Origin: Escherichia coli
Lineage (GTDB): Bacteria > Pseudomonadota > Gammaproteobacteria > Enterobacterales > Enterobacteriaceae
Reading direction: 5' to 3' (one strand)
DNA length: 32,000 nucleotides
Assembly (NCBI RefSeq): GCF_002787215.1
Contig: NZ_CP024851.1
The notes beneath the pieces are model-generated. The model was not told the origin of the DNA. It ran no database searches and saw only the letters and a list, made by a program, of their open reading frames with translations. Positions 1 through 14,533 of this stretch are shown here, piece after piece (positions within the stretch are counted from its first letter, which is position 1; each line of letters begins with the position of its first letter). The translations under genes were made by a program, and so were the position numbers.

Positions 1-665
<665 letters not shown>

Positions 666-666
666 G

Positions 667-1380
667 TTATCGCTGAACCAACGTCGTTATCTGATTTACA
701 GGAACGGCAGGCCACAGGCATCCCTGGAGAGCATGGAAATCAAAGGGGGTAATCTGTGCCATTATTTCTGGCGTATCAATGCCCCCCGCGATGATGCAAT
801 TGCAACAAGGGGAAATTTGCGCCTGGATCGCACGAATAAACGGTTCGAAGGAGCGATGCGTGATTTGTTGCTGAATAAAACTTTTATCCAGCATGACGCG
901 GGTGAAAAGACCATCAAAAACCGCTTTCATTGTGCTATTGCCTGCGCCCAAATTACCTAACACAAGGGGATACATTTGCGATAAGGACAAAAGATCGCGA
1001 TTATCTTTTCCTTCATTGAGATGCGGGTAATTCTCATTAATCAACAGTTCAATAAACGGATATTTTAATAGTTCGCCCGCGTAATTATCCCTGTCTAATA
1101 ATAAAGTAGCCACTTGTGGGGTTAAATTAAGCCAGGCAAAGAGTTTATGTTGAATAAAAAAGTGTTGGCATGATTTTAGCAATTCCAACTGCTCAGAAAA
1201 TAATTGCCAATGTTGCTCCTCGGTAAGTTGCGCTATAACCCGACTCGTCGGGATACGAACCGTACCATCTTCACTGGAGAAATGGGTAATTAACTCAACG
1301 CCGACAAGGTCTTGCTGGTTATCTCTTATCGGCAGGAAATAGCAATCAGAATGATAAAGATTCTCCAAAAAAATCTTCAT
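667..1380 (-). CDS. ydiV: YdiV, a degenerate EAL-like protein and anti-FlhD4C2 factor
   Basis: 237-aa ORF MKIFLENLYHSDCYFLPIRDNQQ...QITTLVQR, recognised as E. coli YdiV. Position between selO and nlpC matches K-12 synteny. Confidence 0.93.
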   Translation of the reverse strand: MKIFLENLYHSDCYFLPIRDNQQDLVGVELITHFSSEDGTVRIPTSRVIAQLTEEQHWQLFSEQLELLKSCQHFFIQHKLFAWLNLTPQVATLLLDRDNYAGELLKYPFIELLINENYPHLNEGKDNRDLLSLSQMYPLVLGNLGAGNSTMKAVFDGLFTRVMLDKSFIQQQITHRSFEPFIRAIQAQISPCCNCIIAGGIDTPEIMAQITPFDFHALQGCLWPAVPVNQITTLVQR

Positions 1381-1584
1381 GGTAACCGTCCCTCTCGAAG
1401 GATGTTTTTCAGTATCCGGTTAAAAGGGATGAGGCCATAAGACATAACAATTACAGAAGGAGTAACTTTCATTTGTTCCATGTTAACCACTTTTTCAGGG
1501 GTCCTTTTATTAGATTATCCTGATTATAAACGAATAATCCATTTACGGAATTTTTGTCTGTAAAATACTACTGTATTCAGGAGT

Positions 1585-1620
1585 AAATGGACGGAGATGT
1601 ATCATCGCCGTCCATTTTTC
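1585..1620. terminator. Hairpin 10 nt downstream of nlpC and upstream of ydiV
   Basis: AAATGGACGG (1585..1594) pairs perfectly with CCGTCCATTT (1608..1617), plus an inner GATG/CATC stem. The T-run is better on the plus strand (TTTTC) than in the nlpC orientation (TTAC). Confidence 0.5.
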
Positions 1621-1626
1621 GACATA

Positions 1627-2091
1627 CTAGATTCGTCTCGCCTGCCAGAAATTTTTCTGCCAATAGACATTATCGAGTGAGGAACGCATCACTCCCTTGC
1701 TGGTAGAGGCGTGGATAAATTGGTTGTTGGTATCGTAAATACCTACATGCAAACCATTTTGTCCGGAGCCCGTTTTGAAAAAGACCAGGTCACCAGGCAG
1801 CAACTCGTCTTTATCAATTTTCGTGCCGATAGAGGCTTGTTGTTTGGTTTCACGGGGCAGCTGCAAATCGAAACGATCGCGCATCGTCACAACCACAAAC
1901 CCCGAACAGTCCACACCGCGCCGCGTCATGCCACCATAACGATACGGCGTGCCATGCCAGCTCTGTAGCTGGTCGTTCAAACCGGCAATAACGGTAATCG
2001 AATCAGAAAGTCTGGCATTTGGCGGCGGTGCTTTATGGTGGCTACACCCGGCCAGAAACAGTGCTGTGATCAAAATAAGGCAGAAACGCAT
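1627..2091 (-). CDS. nlpC: NlpC/P60-family lipoprotein (putative peptidoglycan endopeptidase)
   Basis: 154-aa ORF with lipobox LFLAGC|S in the signal peptide and an NlpC/P60 core (GVDCSGF...HVGIY...IHAS). Confidence 0.93.
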   Translation of the reverse strand: MRFCLILITALFLAGCSHHKAPPPNARLSDSITVIAGLNDQLQSWHGTPYRYGGMTRRGVDCSGFVVVTMRDRFDLQLPRETKQQASIGTKIDKDELLPGDLVFFKTGSGQNGLHVGIYDTNNQFIHASTSKGVMRSSLDNVYWQKNFWQARRI

Positions 2092-2168
2092 TCCGTACGG
2101 TTCCTCTGTTTTTTATTCTTGCATTAATTTAGCGTCTTAATTACCCGATTTTCAAGATACTAATGAAA

Positions 2169-2918
2169 TCAGATGGTCGAAATCAGCATTCGGTGACCTT
2201 CGATATCCAGACGGCGAAAATTCATCCCATAGGCCTGCGCCAGATTTGGCGGCGTGAGCACCTCTTCTCTGCGTCCACTGGCCAGCATTTTTCCACCTTT
2301 TAGCAACCACGCCCGATGCGCATGACGCAATGTGTGGTTGAGATCGTGACTGCTCATCACAATCGCCAGTCCTTGCTGACACAGCGCGCTCAGAATTTTG
2401 TCTAACGCACTTTGTTGCGCAACATCAAGACTGTTCATCGGCTCATCAAGAAGCAGCAATTGACCTGCGGGATTGGCTTGTGGTGTGATTTGCAGCACCA
2501 CCGCAGCAAGACGTACGCGTTGCCATTCACCGCCGGAAAGTTGATTGGTGCTACGTCCGAGTTTGTCATCAAGAGCCAGCGCCCCTGCGACATCATTCAG
2601 TAGTTCGGTACGCGTTTTATCGTGCTGATGCAGTGTCAGGTAGTGCCAGACCGGCATTGCAAACGGTGGCGTCTGTTGTTGTGAAAGATAGGCGCGATGC
2701 AGCGCGAGTTTTGTTGCGGACCATGCTTCCAGTGGTTGCCCCGCGAACTGAATGCTTCCCTTACCGCTGGTCATTCCGGCCATTCGCGCCAGTAAGGTAC
2801 TCTTACCCGCGCCATTCGGCCCCACCAGATGCAGGATCTCCCCTGCCCGAACCTCGCCAGAAAGCGGCCCCAGGCGGGTAGATTCCGCAACATCCTGTAA
2901 CTGCATCACAATAGACAT
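2169..2918 (-). CDS. btuD: Vitamin B12 ABC importer, ATP-binding subunit BtuD
   Basis: 249-aa ORF with Walker [13 protein letters not shown] signature LSGGEWQR and Walker B LLLLDEP. Its start codon overlaps the btuE stop by 1 nt (TAATG at 2920..2916). Confidence 0.96.
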
Positions 2919-3469
2919 TATTTTGCCAACGCCAGTTTAATGCTTTCCATCACAATGGGATCTTCCGGCGTCATATCCGGGGAAAAACGCTGGATGACCA
3001 ATCCGTCCCTGCCAACTAAAAATTTCTCAAAATTCCATAAAATATCATCAGGGTACAGCGGTGCACGACCTTTGCTGACCATACGGGCATAGAATCCGCT
3101 CTCTTCCGGCGCGACTGCGGTCGGCGCTGCGGCAATCAATTTTTGATACAGCGGATGGCGTCCTTCGCCATTAACTTCAATCTTACTGAACATCGGGAAC
3201 GTCACCCCCCATGTGGTGGTACAGTAAGTTTTAATCTCTTCATCGCTGCCCGGTTCTTGTTCCAGAAACTGGTTGCACGGGAATCCCAGCACCACAAAAC
3301 CTCGATCGGCCCAGGCTTTCTGAATATTCTCCAACTGCTCATATTGCGGCGTTAAGCCACACTTTGAGGCGACATTGACAATCAACAGCACATTACCGGC
3401 GTACTTCTCCAGCGTGGTCACTTCACCGTCGATATCTTTCACTACGGTCGTCAGAATGGAATCTTGCAT
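2918..3469 (-). CDS. btuE: Glutathione peroxidase-family thioredoxin/glutathione peroxidase BtuE
   Basis: 183-aa ORF with GPx motifs ([28 protein letters not shown]). Lies between btuC and btuD. Confidence 0.95.
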
Positions 3470-3531
3470 CGTTTCTCCTGGGTGTGGTCAGTAAAAATCT
3501 TAGCTTTTAATCATAGACCGTCTTTTTGCGG

Positions 3532-4512
3532 CTAACGTCCTGCTTTTAACAATAACCAGATAAACACCGGCGCACCCAACGTTGCGGTGACCACGCCAAT
3601 AGGCAGCTCTGCGGCAGCTAATGCCAGGCGCGCTACAATATCGGCCAGCAGCAATGCGCTCGCCCCTGCCAGCGCGCAGCCGGGAAGTAATACGCGATGA
3701 TCGGTTAAACCACACAGCCGGAGAATATGTGGGATAACCAGACCAATAAAGCCGATAGCACCCGCCAGCGCCACACTGACGCCAACCATCCAGCCGGTCG
3801 CTGCCACCAGCACATTGCGCCAGAACCACAGGGGTAAACCCAGTTGCCGCGCCGAGATCTCGCCAAGTGCTAACATATTCATCGGCCTGGACTGACAACA
3901 GATCCACAACAACACGGGGATCAATGCCAGCATCAGCCAGCTTTGCCGCCAGTCTACGCCGCCAAAACCGCCCATCATCCAGTACATCAGCTGACGTAAA
4001 TCAACAGAGGTGGAAAAGTAGATAGCCCACGTCATTAGTGCGCTACAGATAATCCCTAATGCAACGCCAGCCAGCAATAACCGACTGGTCGAAAGATGAC
4101 GACGGGCGAAACGTAAGAGTATTAAAGTGATGATAAGCGCGCCAGCAATCGCACACAGCCCTAGTGCCCAGTTTGGGAGTTGCCCTTGCCCAAGCAACAC
4201 CGCGGCGATAAGCCCTACGCCTGCGCCGTTAGAGACGCCAAGTAGTCCAGGTTCTGCCAGAGGATTTTCAAACAACGCCTGCATTACTGCGCCGGATATA
4301 GCCAGCGCCGCACCAACCAGCAATACAGCCAGCGTACGTGGCAGGCGAATTTGCCAGACGAACAGTTCGCCACGAGGAGTAGACCAGTCACCGGGCGAAA
4401 TCCATTGTTCACCGGCGCAAAGGCTTAAGAGAAGCGCCAGCAGCATCAAAACTGACAGGCATAATAACCAGCGAATATTTTGTCGCTGTTGTTGGCGGGC
4501 AAGTGTCAGCAT
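3532..4512 (-). CDS. btuC: Vitamin B12 ABC importer, permease BtuC
   Basis: 326-aa highly hydrophobic ORF of the FecCD permease family, recognised as BtuC. First gene of btuCED. Confidence 0.95.
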   Translation of the reverse strand: MLTLARQQQRQNIRWLLCLSVLMLLALLLSLCAGEQWISPGDWSTPRGELFVWQIRLPRTLAVLLVGAALAISGAVMQALFENPLAEPGLLGVSNGAGVGLIAAVLLGQGQLPNWALGLCAIAGALIITLILLRFARRHLSTSRLLLAGVALGIICSALMTWAIYFSTSVDLRQLMYWMMGGFGGVDWRQSWLMLALIPVLLWICCQSRPMNMLALGEISARQLGLPLWFWRNVLVAATGWMVGVSVALAGAIGFIGLVIPHILRLCGLTDHRVLLPGCALAGASALLLADIVARLALAAAELPIGVVTATLGAPVFIWLLLKAGR

Positions 4513-4574
4513 GGTATCCGTTCTGCTGAAGTGTCATGGCGTTGATTTTACGGTGACTCTTCGACAGTGAAAAG

Positions 4575-4600
4575 AAAAAAGGCCGCAAAGCGGCCTTTTT
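4575..4600 (-). terminator. Intrinsic (bidirectional-looking) terminator after ihfA
   Basis: AAAAAA-GGCCG-CAAAG-CGGCC-TTTTT. On the minus strand the stem is followed by TTTTTTCTTT. It lies 13 nt after the ihfA stop and upstream of btuC. Confidence 0.8.
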
Positions 4601-4612
4601 AGTTAGATCAGA

Positions 4613-4912
4613 TTACTCGTCTTTGGGCGAAGCGTTTTCGACCCGGCTTTTTAACTTCTGCCCGGGTCTGAAGGTCACCACGCGCCGTGCTGTAATGGGA
4701 ATATCCTCGCCCGTTTTCGGGTTACGTCCCGGGCGTTGATTCTTATCACGCAGATCGAAGTTACCAAAACCAGAGAGTTTCACCTGTTCGCCGTTTTCCA
4801 GAGCGCGACGGATCTCTTCGAAAAACAGTTCAACCAGTTCTTTGGCATCCCGCTTGCTAAGCCCAAGCTTATCAAACAGATATTCTGACATTTCAGCTTT
4901 TGTAAGCGCCAT
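4613..4912 (-). CDS. ihfA: Integration host factor alpha subunit
   Basis: 99-aa [55 protein letters not shown]..., the IHF-alpha sequence. Its start lies 4 nt after the pheT stop. Confidence 0.97.
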
Positions 4913-4916
4913 AGGT

Positions 4917-7307
<2,391 letters not shown>

Positions 7308-7318
7308 CTATTCCTGCC

Positions 7319-8344
<1,026 letters not shown>

Positions 8345-8367
8345 TTAATTTTTTCAAAACGCGCATA

Positions 8368-8394
8368 CAAAAAAAGCCTCCACTGGGAGGCTTT
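8368..8394 (-). terminator. pheST attenuator (intrinsic terminator between pheM and pheS)
   Basis: The minus strand reads AAGCCTCC-CAGT-GGAGGCTT followed by TTTTTT (complement of 8368..8394), placed between the Phe-rich leader and pheS. Confidence 0.88.
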
Positions 8395-8440
8395 CAGGCG
8401 CTGTTTTCCGTTTCTCTTCTCACGCGCTAGCCTCCTGGAG

Positions 8441-8485
8441 TCAGGTGCTAAAGTAAAAAAAGAAGCGGAAAATAGCAGCATTCAT
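8441..8485 (-). CDS. pheM: pheST operon attenuation leader peptide (14 aa, 5 Phe codons)
   Basis: The reverse strand reads ATG AAT GCT GCT ATT TTC CGC TTC TTT TTT TAC TTT AGC ACC TGA, giving [14 protein letters not shown]. It is too short for the ORF track and is followed by the attenuator terminator. Confidence 0.92.
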
Positions 8486-8522
8486 TGCTTGCGTTACCTT
8501 TTGGTACTTTTCAAAAGACCTT

Positions 8523-8552
8523 TATTGAAAAGGCTACGGCGATAAAAGTCAA
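8523..8552 (-). promoter_or_regulatory. Candidate sigma70 promoter for pheM-pheST
   Basis: The minus strand has TTGACT (complement of 8547..8552), a 17-18 nt spacer, then TTCAAT/TCAATA (complement of 8523..8529), about 35-40 nt upstream of pheM. Assigned by eye only. Confidence 0.5.
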
Positions 8553-8569
8553 TGTTTTGATGGCGTTGA

Positions 8570-8597
8570 AACGAAAAGAGGGAGACTAGCTCCCTCT
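8570..8597 (-). terminator. Intrinsic terminator downstream of rplT
   Basis: The minus strand has AGAGGGAG-CTAGT-CTCCCTCT (8577..8597) followed by TTTCGTTT, 11 nt after the rplT stop. Confidence 0.75.
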
Positions 8598-8607
8598 TTC
8601 AACTGGC

Positions 8608-8991
<384 letters not shown>

Positions 8992-9017
8992 TTAAAAAGT
9001 TAAAAAACGTTAACGGC

Positions 9018-9239
<222 letters not shown>

Positions 9240-9311
9240 TTAATAAACGAAACAAAGGCGAACAATGCCTGTGAAGCCCAAAGGCTCCACAGACAGTGCT
9301 ACTTGAAGGCC

Positions 9312-9857
<546 letters not shown>

Positions 9858-11786
9858 TTATTCCTCCAATTGTTTAAGACTGCGGCTGCGAATCTCTTGT
9901 TGCAGCTTCTCGATCACTTCATTTACGTCCATGCTTCCCAGGTCTTTACCACGGCGGGTGCGAACGGCAACTTTGCCTGATTCCACCTCTTTATCACCAC
10001 AGACCAGCATATACGGGACGCGACGCAAAGTGTGCTCGCGGATTTTAAAGCCAATCTTCTCATTTCTCAAGTCTGCTTTAACACGAATGCCCGCATTTGA
10101 TAGTTTTTGCGTCAATTCGTTAACGTATTCAGACTGTGAATCGGTAATATTCATGATAACAACCTGAACCGGCGCAAGCCAGGTCGGGAAGAAACCAGCG
10201 AACTCTTCGGTCAGGATACCGATGAAACGTTCCATCGACCCAAGAATTGCGCGGTGAATCATTACCGGTACCTTACGCTCGTTGTCTTCGCCCACATAGG
10301 AGGCGCTCAGACGAGACGGCAAGGAGAAGTCCAGCTGTACTGTACCGCACTGCCATGCACGATCGAGGCAGTCATACAGGGTAAATTCAATTTTCGGACC
10401 GTAGAAAGCGCCTTCACCCAGTTGATATTCAAACGGGATGTTGTTTTCTTCCAGCGCAACCGCCAGGTCCGCCTCAGCACGATCCCACATTTCGTCGCTG
10501 CCAATACGTTTTTCAGGACGAGTGGAGAGTTTGACGACGATCTTCTCGAAGCCAAAAGTGCTGTACATATCATAGACTAAACGGATACATCCGTTAACTT
10601 CATCGCGAATTTGTTCTTCAGTACAGAAGATATGCGCGTCATCCTGGGTAAATCCACGTACGCGCATCAGGCCATGCAGCGAACCTGACGGCTCGTTACG
10701 GTGGCAGCTACCAAACTCGGCCATACGCAGCGGCAAATCGCGATACGACTTCAGCCCCTGGTTGAAAATTTGTACGTGACCCGGGCAGTTCATCGGCTTA
10801 ATGCAGTATTCACGGTTCTCAGAAGACGTGGTGAACATTGCATCTTTGTAGTTGTCCCAGTGACCGGTTTTTTCCCACAGGACACGGTCCATCATGAACG
10901 GACCTTTAACTTCCTGATACTGGTACTCTTTCAGTTTAGAACGAACAAACACTTCCAGTTCACGGAAGATGGTCCAACCGTCGTTGTGCCAGAAGACCAT
11001 ACCCGGCGCTTCTTCCTGCATATGGTACAGGTCGAGCTGTTTACCGATTTTACGGTGGTCGCGTTTCGCGGCTTCTTCCAGGCGCTGCAGGTAAGCGTTA
11101 AGTGCTTTTTTGTCTGCCCACGCCGTACCGTAAATACGTTGCAACATTTTGTTGTTGCTGTCGCCACGCCAGTAAGCCCCTGCCGTTTTCATTAGTTTGA
11201 AATGATGGCAGAAACGCATGTTCGGTACGTGCGGACCGCGGCACATATCGACATATTCTTCATGGAAGTACAGACCTGGCTTGTCATCATGGGCGATGTT
11301 TTCGTCAAGAATGGAGACTTTGTAGCTCTCCCCACGGTTGGCGAAAGTTTCACGCGCTTCGTGCCAGCTGACTTTCTTCTTAATGACGTCGTAGTTTTTC
11401 TCAGCAAGCTCATGCATCCGCTTCTCGAGTGCTTCGACATCTTCCTGGGTTAACGTGCGGTCAAGATCAACGTCGTAATAAAAACCGTTGTCAATAACCG
11501 GGCCGATTGCCATTTTGGTATGCGGCCAAAGTTGTTTAATCGCGTGCCCTAACAGGTGCGCACAGGAGTGACGAATGATCTCCAGACCTTCTTCGTCTTT
11601 GGCGGTAATGATCGACAGTTGTGCGTCGTTTTCAATCAGATCGCAAGCATCAACCAGTTCGCCATTAACGCGCCCTGCGATACAGGCTTTCGCCAGACCT
11701 GGACCAATGTCCAGCGCAACATCCATGGGGCTTACAGCGTGGTCGTAATGGCGTTGGCTGCCATCAGGAAGAGTTATAACAGGCAT
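9858..11786 (-). CDS. thrS: Threonine--tRNA ligase
   Basis: 642-aa [54 protein letters not shown]..., recognised as ThrRS. Confidence 0.98.
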
Positions 11787-11920
11787 TTTATATCCTTATT
11801 TGCAGTGGTGACCCACACGAAAGATCACATACAAAGAAAAATTTGTTTATTAACAGTTCATTGCGAAACCATCTAGCCAACAAATGCTAAATTGGTTCGC
11901 AATCAGGTACACAAATGAAA
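11787..11920 (-). promoter_or_regulatory. thrS 5' leader and translational operator (tRNA-Thr-mimic region bound by ThrRS)
   Basis: Established knowledge places the thrS operator in the ~120 nt upstream of the AUG. The sequence shows stem-forming inverted repeats here, for example ATTGCGAAACCA / TGGTTCGCAAT around 11859..11907, and a hairpin adjacent to the SD/AUG. Exact domain boundaries were not resolved by eye. Confidence 0.55.
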
Positions 11921-12308
11921 GACATTAACCTCTCACCTTCCACCCGGTGGAACGATGTTAACACTAAAAAAAGGGAGATTGTACCTTTCCGTTTCACATT
12001 GATTCGATTCGCAATTCGTTTGTAGTGAGTACACCAGCAAAACGCTTAAAGAACCACTGATAACATCACGGAGCGTCTGAAAGGTTTACTGCGAGCGGAT
12101 TTGCAGCAGCATAAACTGAATCCAGCAAAGTTCGTTGCGTGATTTGGCGGTACTATTTAAACGATCATAAGATTAATGACGAAGTGGTCATATCACAATG
12201 ATAAAAGTGACACAATTCTTATAGCAATTTTTCGTGCACATTTCGTTCTGGCGATAATAATTAATCATCATCCTCAAAACCTCCAGACATATATAAGGCG
12301 AATAGATT

Positions 12309-14207
12309 ATGAGTCAAAACGACATTATTATCAGAACTCATTATAAGTCTCCTCATAGAATGCACATCGATAGCAACATACCAACGCCTTCATCAGAGCC
12401 TATTAATCAATTTGCGCGCCAACTCATCACCCTACTTGATACCTCTGACTTAAGTTCGATGCTGTCATACTGTGTTACTCAGGAATTTACCGCAAACTGT
12501 CGAAAAATATCACAAAATTGTTATTCCACTGCCCTTTTTACCATTAACTTTGCCACTTCACCCATCCATGCAGAAAATATACTCATTACATTACACTATA
12601 AAAAAGAAATCATTTCCTTATTACTGGAAACCACGCCTATTAAAGCTAACCATTTGCGAAGCATACTGGATTATATTGAACAGGAACAGTTAACTGCCGA
12701 AAATCGTAACCATTGTATGAAACTGTCTAAAAAAATCCATAGAGAAAAAACTATACAACCAACAGTAAATCTCAATGGTAGTGCATTTTTTTTGCAATCT
12801 CCTTCTGACGCTATTTTTTGTCGCCATCTGTCATTGCAATACGCCCTTGATTCACTGAGAAATGGAAAAGGCAAAGTCAATCTGATTAAACATTACTCCT
12901 CCGTTGAATCCATACAGCAGCATGTCCCCTTAGTCCGGGACGCGGAGTTCAGATCATTACTTCGCCATCCTCCTGCAGGGAGTCGCGTTATCGCGAGTAA
13001 GGATTTTGGCTTCGCTTTAGATATTTTCTTCTGTCGAATGATGGCAAACAATGTCAGTCATATGTCCGCGATTTTATATATAGACAATCATACTTTGTCA
13101 GTAAGGCTACGAATAAAGCAGTCAGTGTATGGGCAATTAAATTATGTTGTGTCCGTTTACGACCCGAACGATACCAACGTTGCCGTCAGAGGCACCCACA
13201 GGACAGCACGGGGCTTTCTCTCGCTTGATAAGTTCATCAGTTCAGGTCCCGATGCTCAGACCTGGGCTGATATGTATGTTCGCAACTGTGCAATTGCTTT
13301 TCTGCCCCTATTACCTGAGGGAGTTCCAGGGGCTATTTTCACGGGTATCGCGACACGAATGCCATTTGCCCCTATACATCCATCGGCAATGTTGTTAATA
13401 ATGGCCACAGGCCAGACTCAACAGCTTATTACATTATTCAAACAGTTACCCATACTCCCTGAAAAAGAAATCATTGAAATAATAACTGCGCAGAATAGCG
13501 TTGGTACACCTGCTTTATTTCTGGCTATGATGAACGGACATACTGACAACGTAAAAATATTTATGCAAGAAATTCAGTCACTGGTAGATAATCATATCAT
13601 TCATGAAGATAATCTGGTTAAATTACTGCAAACTAAAAGTGCTAACGAAACACCTGGACTCTATATCTCCATGTTGTATGGATTCGATGAAATAATCGAT
13701 ATCTTTCTGAATGCATTAACCACTCCAATAACACAAGAGCTTTTAAGCAAAAAAATGGTGATGGATATTTTAGCAATGAAAACACGTGATGGTGAGCCAG
13801 GATTATATGCCGCAATGGAAAATAATCACCCTTTGTGTGTCACACGGTTCCTCTCTAAAGTTTATGGAATCGCTGTTAAATATAACCTCAGCAAAATTAA
13901 CATTATGGATTTATTAAAAGGCGCAACAGCACATGGAACCCCTGCTTTATACATCGCCATGAGCAAGGGTAATAAAGACGTCGTGTTATCTTATATATCA
14001 ACGCTGGGTACTTTTGCAAAAAAATATTCTTTTAGTCAATGTCAGTTATTCACATTGTTGGCCGCTAAAAATCATGACAACATGTCAGCTGTTCATATAG
14101 CCATTCATCATAATCATTATAAAACTGTAGAAACATATTATGCTGCTATAAACGTAATCAGCCAAAGCCTGAGTTTTAGTGCTGATGAACTAAAGACGTA
14201 TTTATAA
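12309..14207 (+). CDS. arpB: Ankyrin-repeat protein B, as an uninterrupted 632-codon ORF. The N-terminal ~380 aa are of unknown function (possibly ShET2/EspL-like); the C-terminus has ankyrin-like repeats.
   Basis: A single 632-aa ORF lies in a visibly AT-rich tract. The C-terminal half has repeated G-T/E-P-A/G-L-Y/F-x-A-M-x-x-G-H/N motifs typical of ankyrin repeats. Position between thrS and yniD/ydiY matches the arpB locus. Confidence 0.8.
   Translation: MSQNDIIIRTHYKSPHRMHIDSNIPTPSSEPINQFARQLITLLDTSDLSSMLSYCVTQEFTANCRKISQNCYSTALFTINFATSPIHAENILITLHYKKEIISLLLETTPIKANHLRSILDYIEQEQLTAENRNHCMKLSKKIHREKTIQPTVNLNGSAFFLQSPSDAIFCRHLSLQYALDSLRNGKGKVNLIKHYSSVESIQQHVPLVRDAEFRSLLRHPPAGSRVIASKDFGFALDIFFCRMMANNVSHMSAILYIDNHTLSVRLRIKQSVYGQLNYVVSVYDPNDTNVAVRGTHRTARGFLSLDKFISSGPDAQTWADMYVRNCAIAFLPLLPEGVPGAIFTGIATRMPFAPIHPSAMLLIMATGQTQQLITLFKQLPILPEKEIIEIITAQNSVGTPALFLAMMNGHTDNVKIFMQEIQSLVDNHIIHEDNLVKLLQTKSANETPGLYISMLYGFDEIIDIFLNALTTPITQELLSKKMVMDILAMKTRDGEPGLYAAMENNHPLCVTRFLSKVYGIAVKYNLSKINIMDLLKGATAHGTPALYIAMSKGNKDVVLSYISTLGTFAKKYSFSQCQLFTLLAAKNHDNMSAVHIAIHHNHYKTVETYYAAINVISQSLSFSADELKTYL
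13464..14183 (+). repeat. Five tandem, in-register 48-codon ankyrin-like modules within arpB (protein-level repeat)
   Basis: Residues 386-433, 434-481, 482-529, 530-577 and 578-625 align without gaps. Positions 14-19 of each module read GTPALF / ETPGLY / GEPGLY / GTPALY / NMSAVH, and each begins with a hydrophobic x-x-L-L element. Confidence 0.7.
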
Positions 14208-14373
14208 CCAGACATTTATATATCGATACATAATTTTATTTTTTTCATAAACCGCAAAAACAGTGATCAGGTGTACAACGCCACCCGACGGCTGTAATAA
14301 CAAAAAATCCCTTGATGCCTTTCCCTTTTGTTACACTTCGTTATCACGCACAAGAGATATGCAGGACACTGGT

Positions 14374-14481
14374 ATGCCGACTAAACGCTTTGATAAAAAA
14401 CACTGGAAGATGGTGGTGGTGCTACTGGCAATTTGTGGCGCTATGTTGTTGCTACGTTGGGCAGCAATGATTTGGGGCTGA
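14374..14481 (+). CDS. yniD: Small (35 aa) single-pass membrane protein YniD
   Basis: ATG at 14374 gives MPTKRFDKKHWKMVVVLLAICGAMLLLRWAAMIWG. The 72-aa track ORF is a GTG-initiated upstream extension. I recognise it as the K-12 small protein YniD. Confidence 0.8.
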   Translation: MPTKRFDKKHWKMVVVLLAICGAMLLLRWAAMIWG

Positions 14482-14500
14482 GCAGTGACAAACGAAGACA

Positions 14501-14525
14501 GCCAGACCGCATAACACGGTCCGGC
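14501..14525. terminator. Hairpin between convergent yniD and ydiY (possible bidirectional terminator)
   Basis: GCCAGACCG-CATAACA-CGGTCCGGC forms 8 of 9 pairs. The U-tracts are weak in both orientations. Confidence 0.4.
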
Positions 14526-14533
14526 AGATAATT

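Noticed and set aside
1581-1705. A plus-strand mini-ORF (ATG at 1587, ~39 codons) preceded by AGGAG and running antisense into nlpC, and the idea of a plus-strand sRNA ending at the 1585..1620 hairpin
   Set aside because: The SD-to-ATG spacing is only ~3 nt. The ORF overlaps the hairpin and the nlpC 3' end, I could not identify a plus-strand promoter, and the hairpin is more simply explained as the nlpC terminator.
3500-3907. 135-aa minus-strand ORF overlapping the 3' part of btuC in another frame, plus the 147-aa plus-strand ORF at 4127..4570
   Set aside because: They sit within or opposite the well-supported BtuC permease frame. The composition (Arg/Gly/Ala-rich) is an off-frame artefact of a GC-rich membrane-protein gene.
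11978-11983. TACAAT (minus strand) as a thrS promoter -10 element
   Set aside because: No acceptable -35 hexamer lies at 16-18 nt spacing. The implied leader length (~185 nt) does not match my recollection of the mapped thrS leader (~160 nt), so I did not annotate it.
12050-12142. A 30-codon open stretch with coding-like, more GC-balanced sequence (…TTDNITERLKGLLRADLQQHKLNPAKFVA*) in the thrS-arpB intergenic region. It could be the C-terminal relic of a destroyed gene.
   Set aside because: It has no start codon and is preceded directly by TAA. At 30 codons it is too short to distinguish from chance by eye, and I cannot match the peptide to a known family. It is only worth a tblastn check.
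14263-14373. N-terminal extension of yniD to a 72-aa ORF
   Set aside because: The extension starts at a GTG with no RBS. Only the last 35 codons, from ATG 14374, correspond to the hydrophobic small protein I recognise as YniD.
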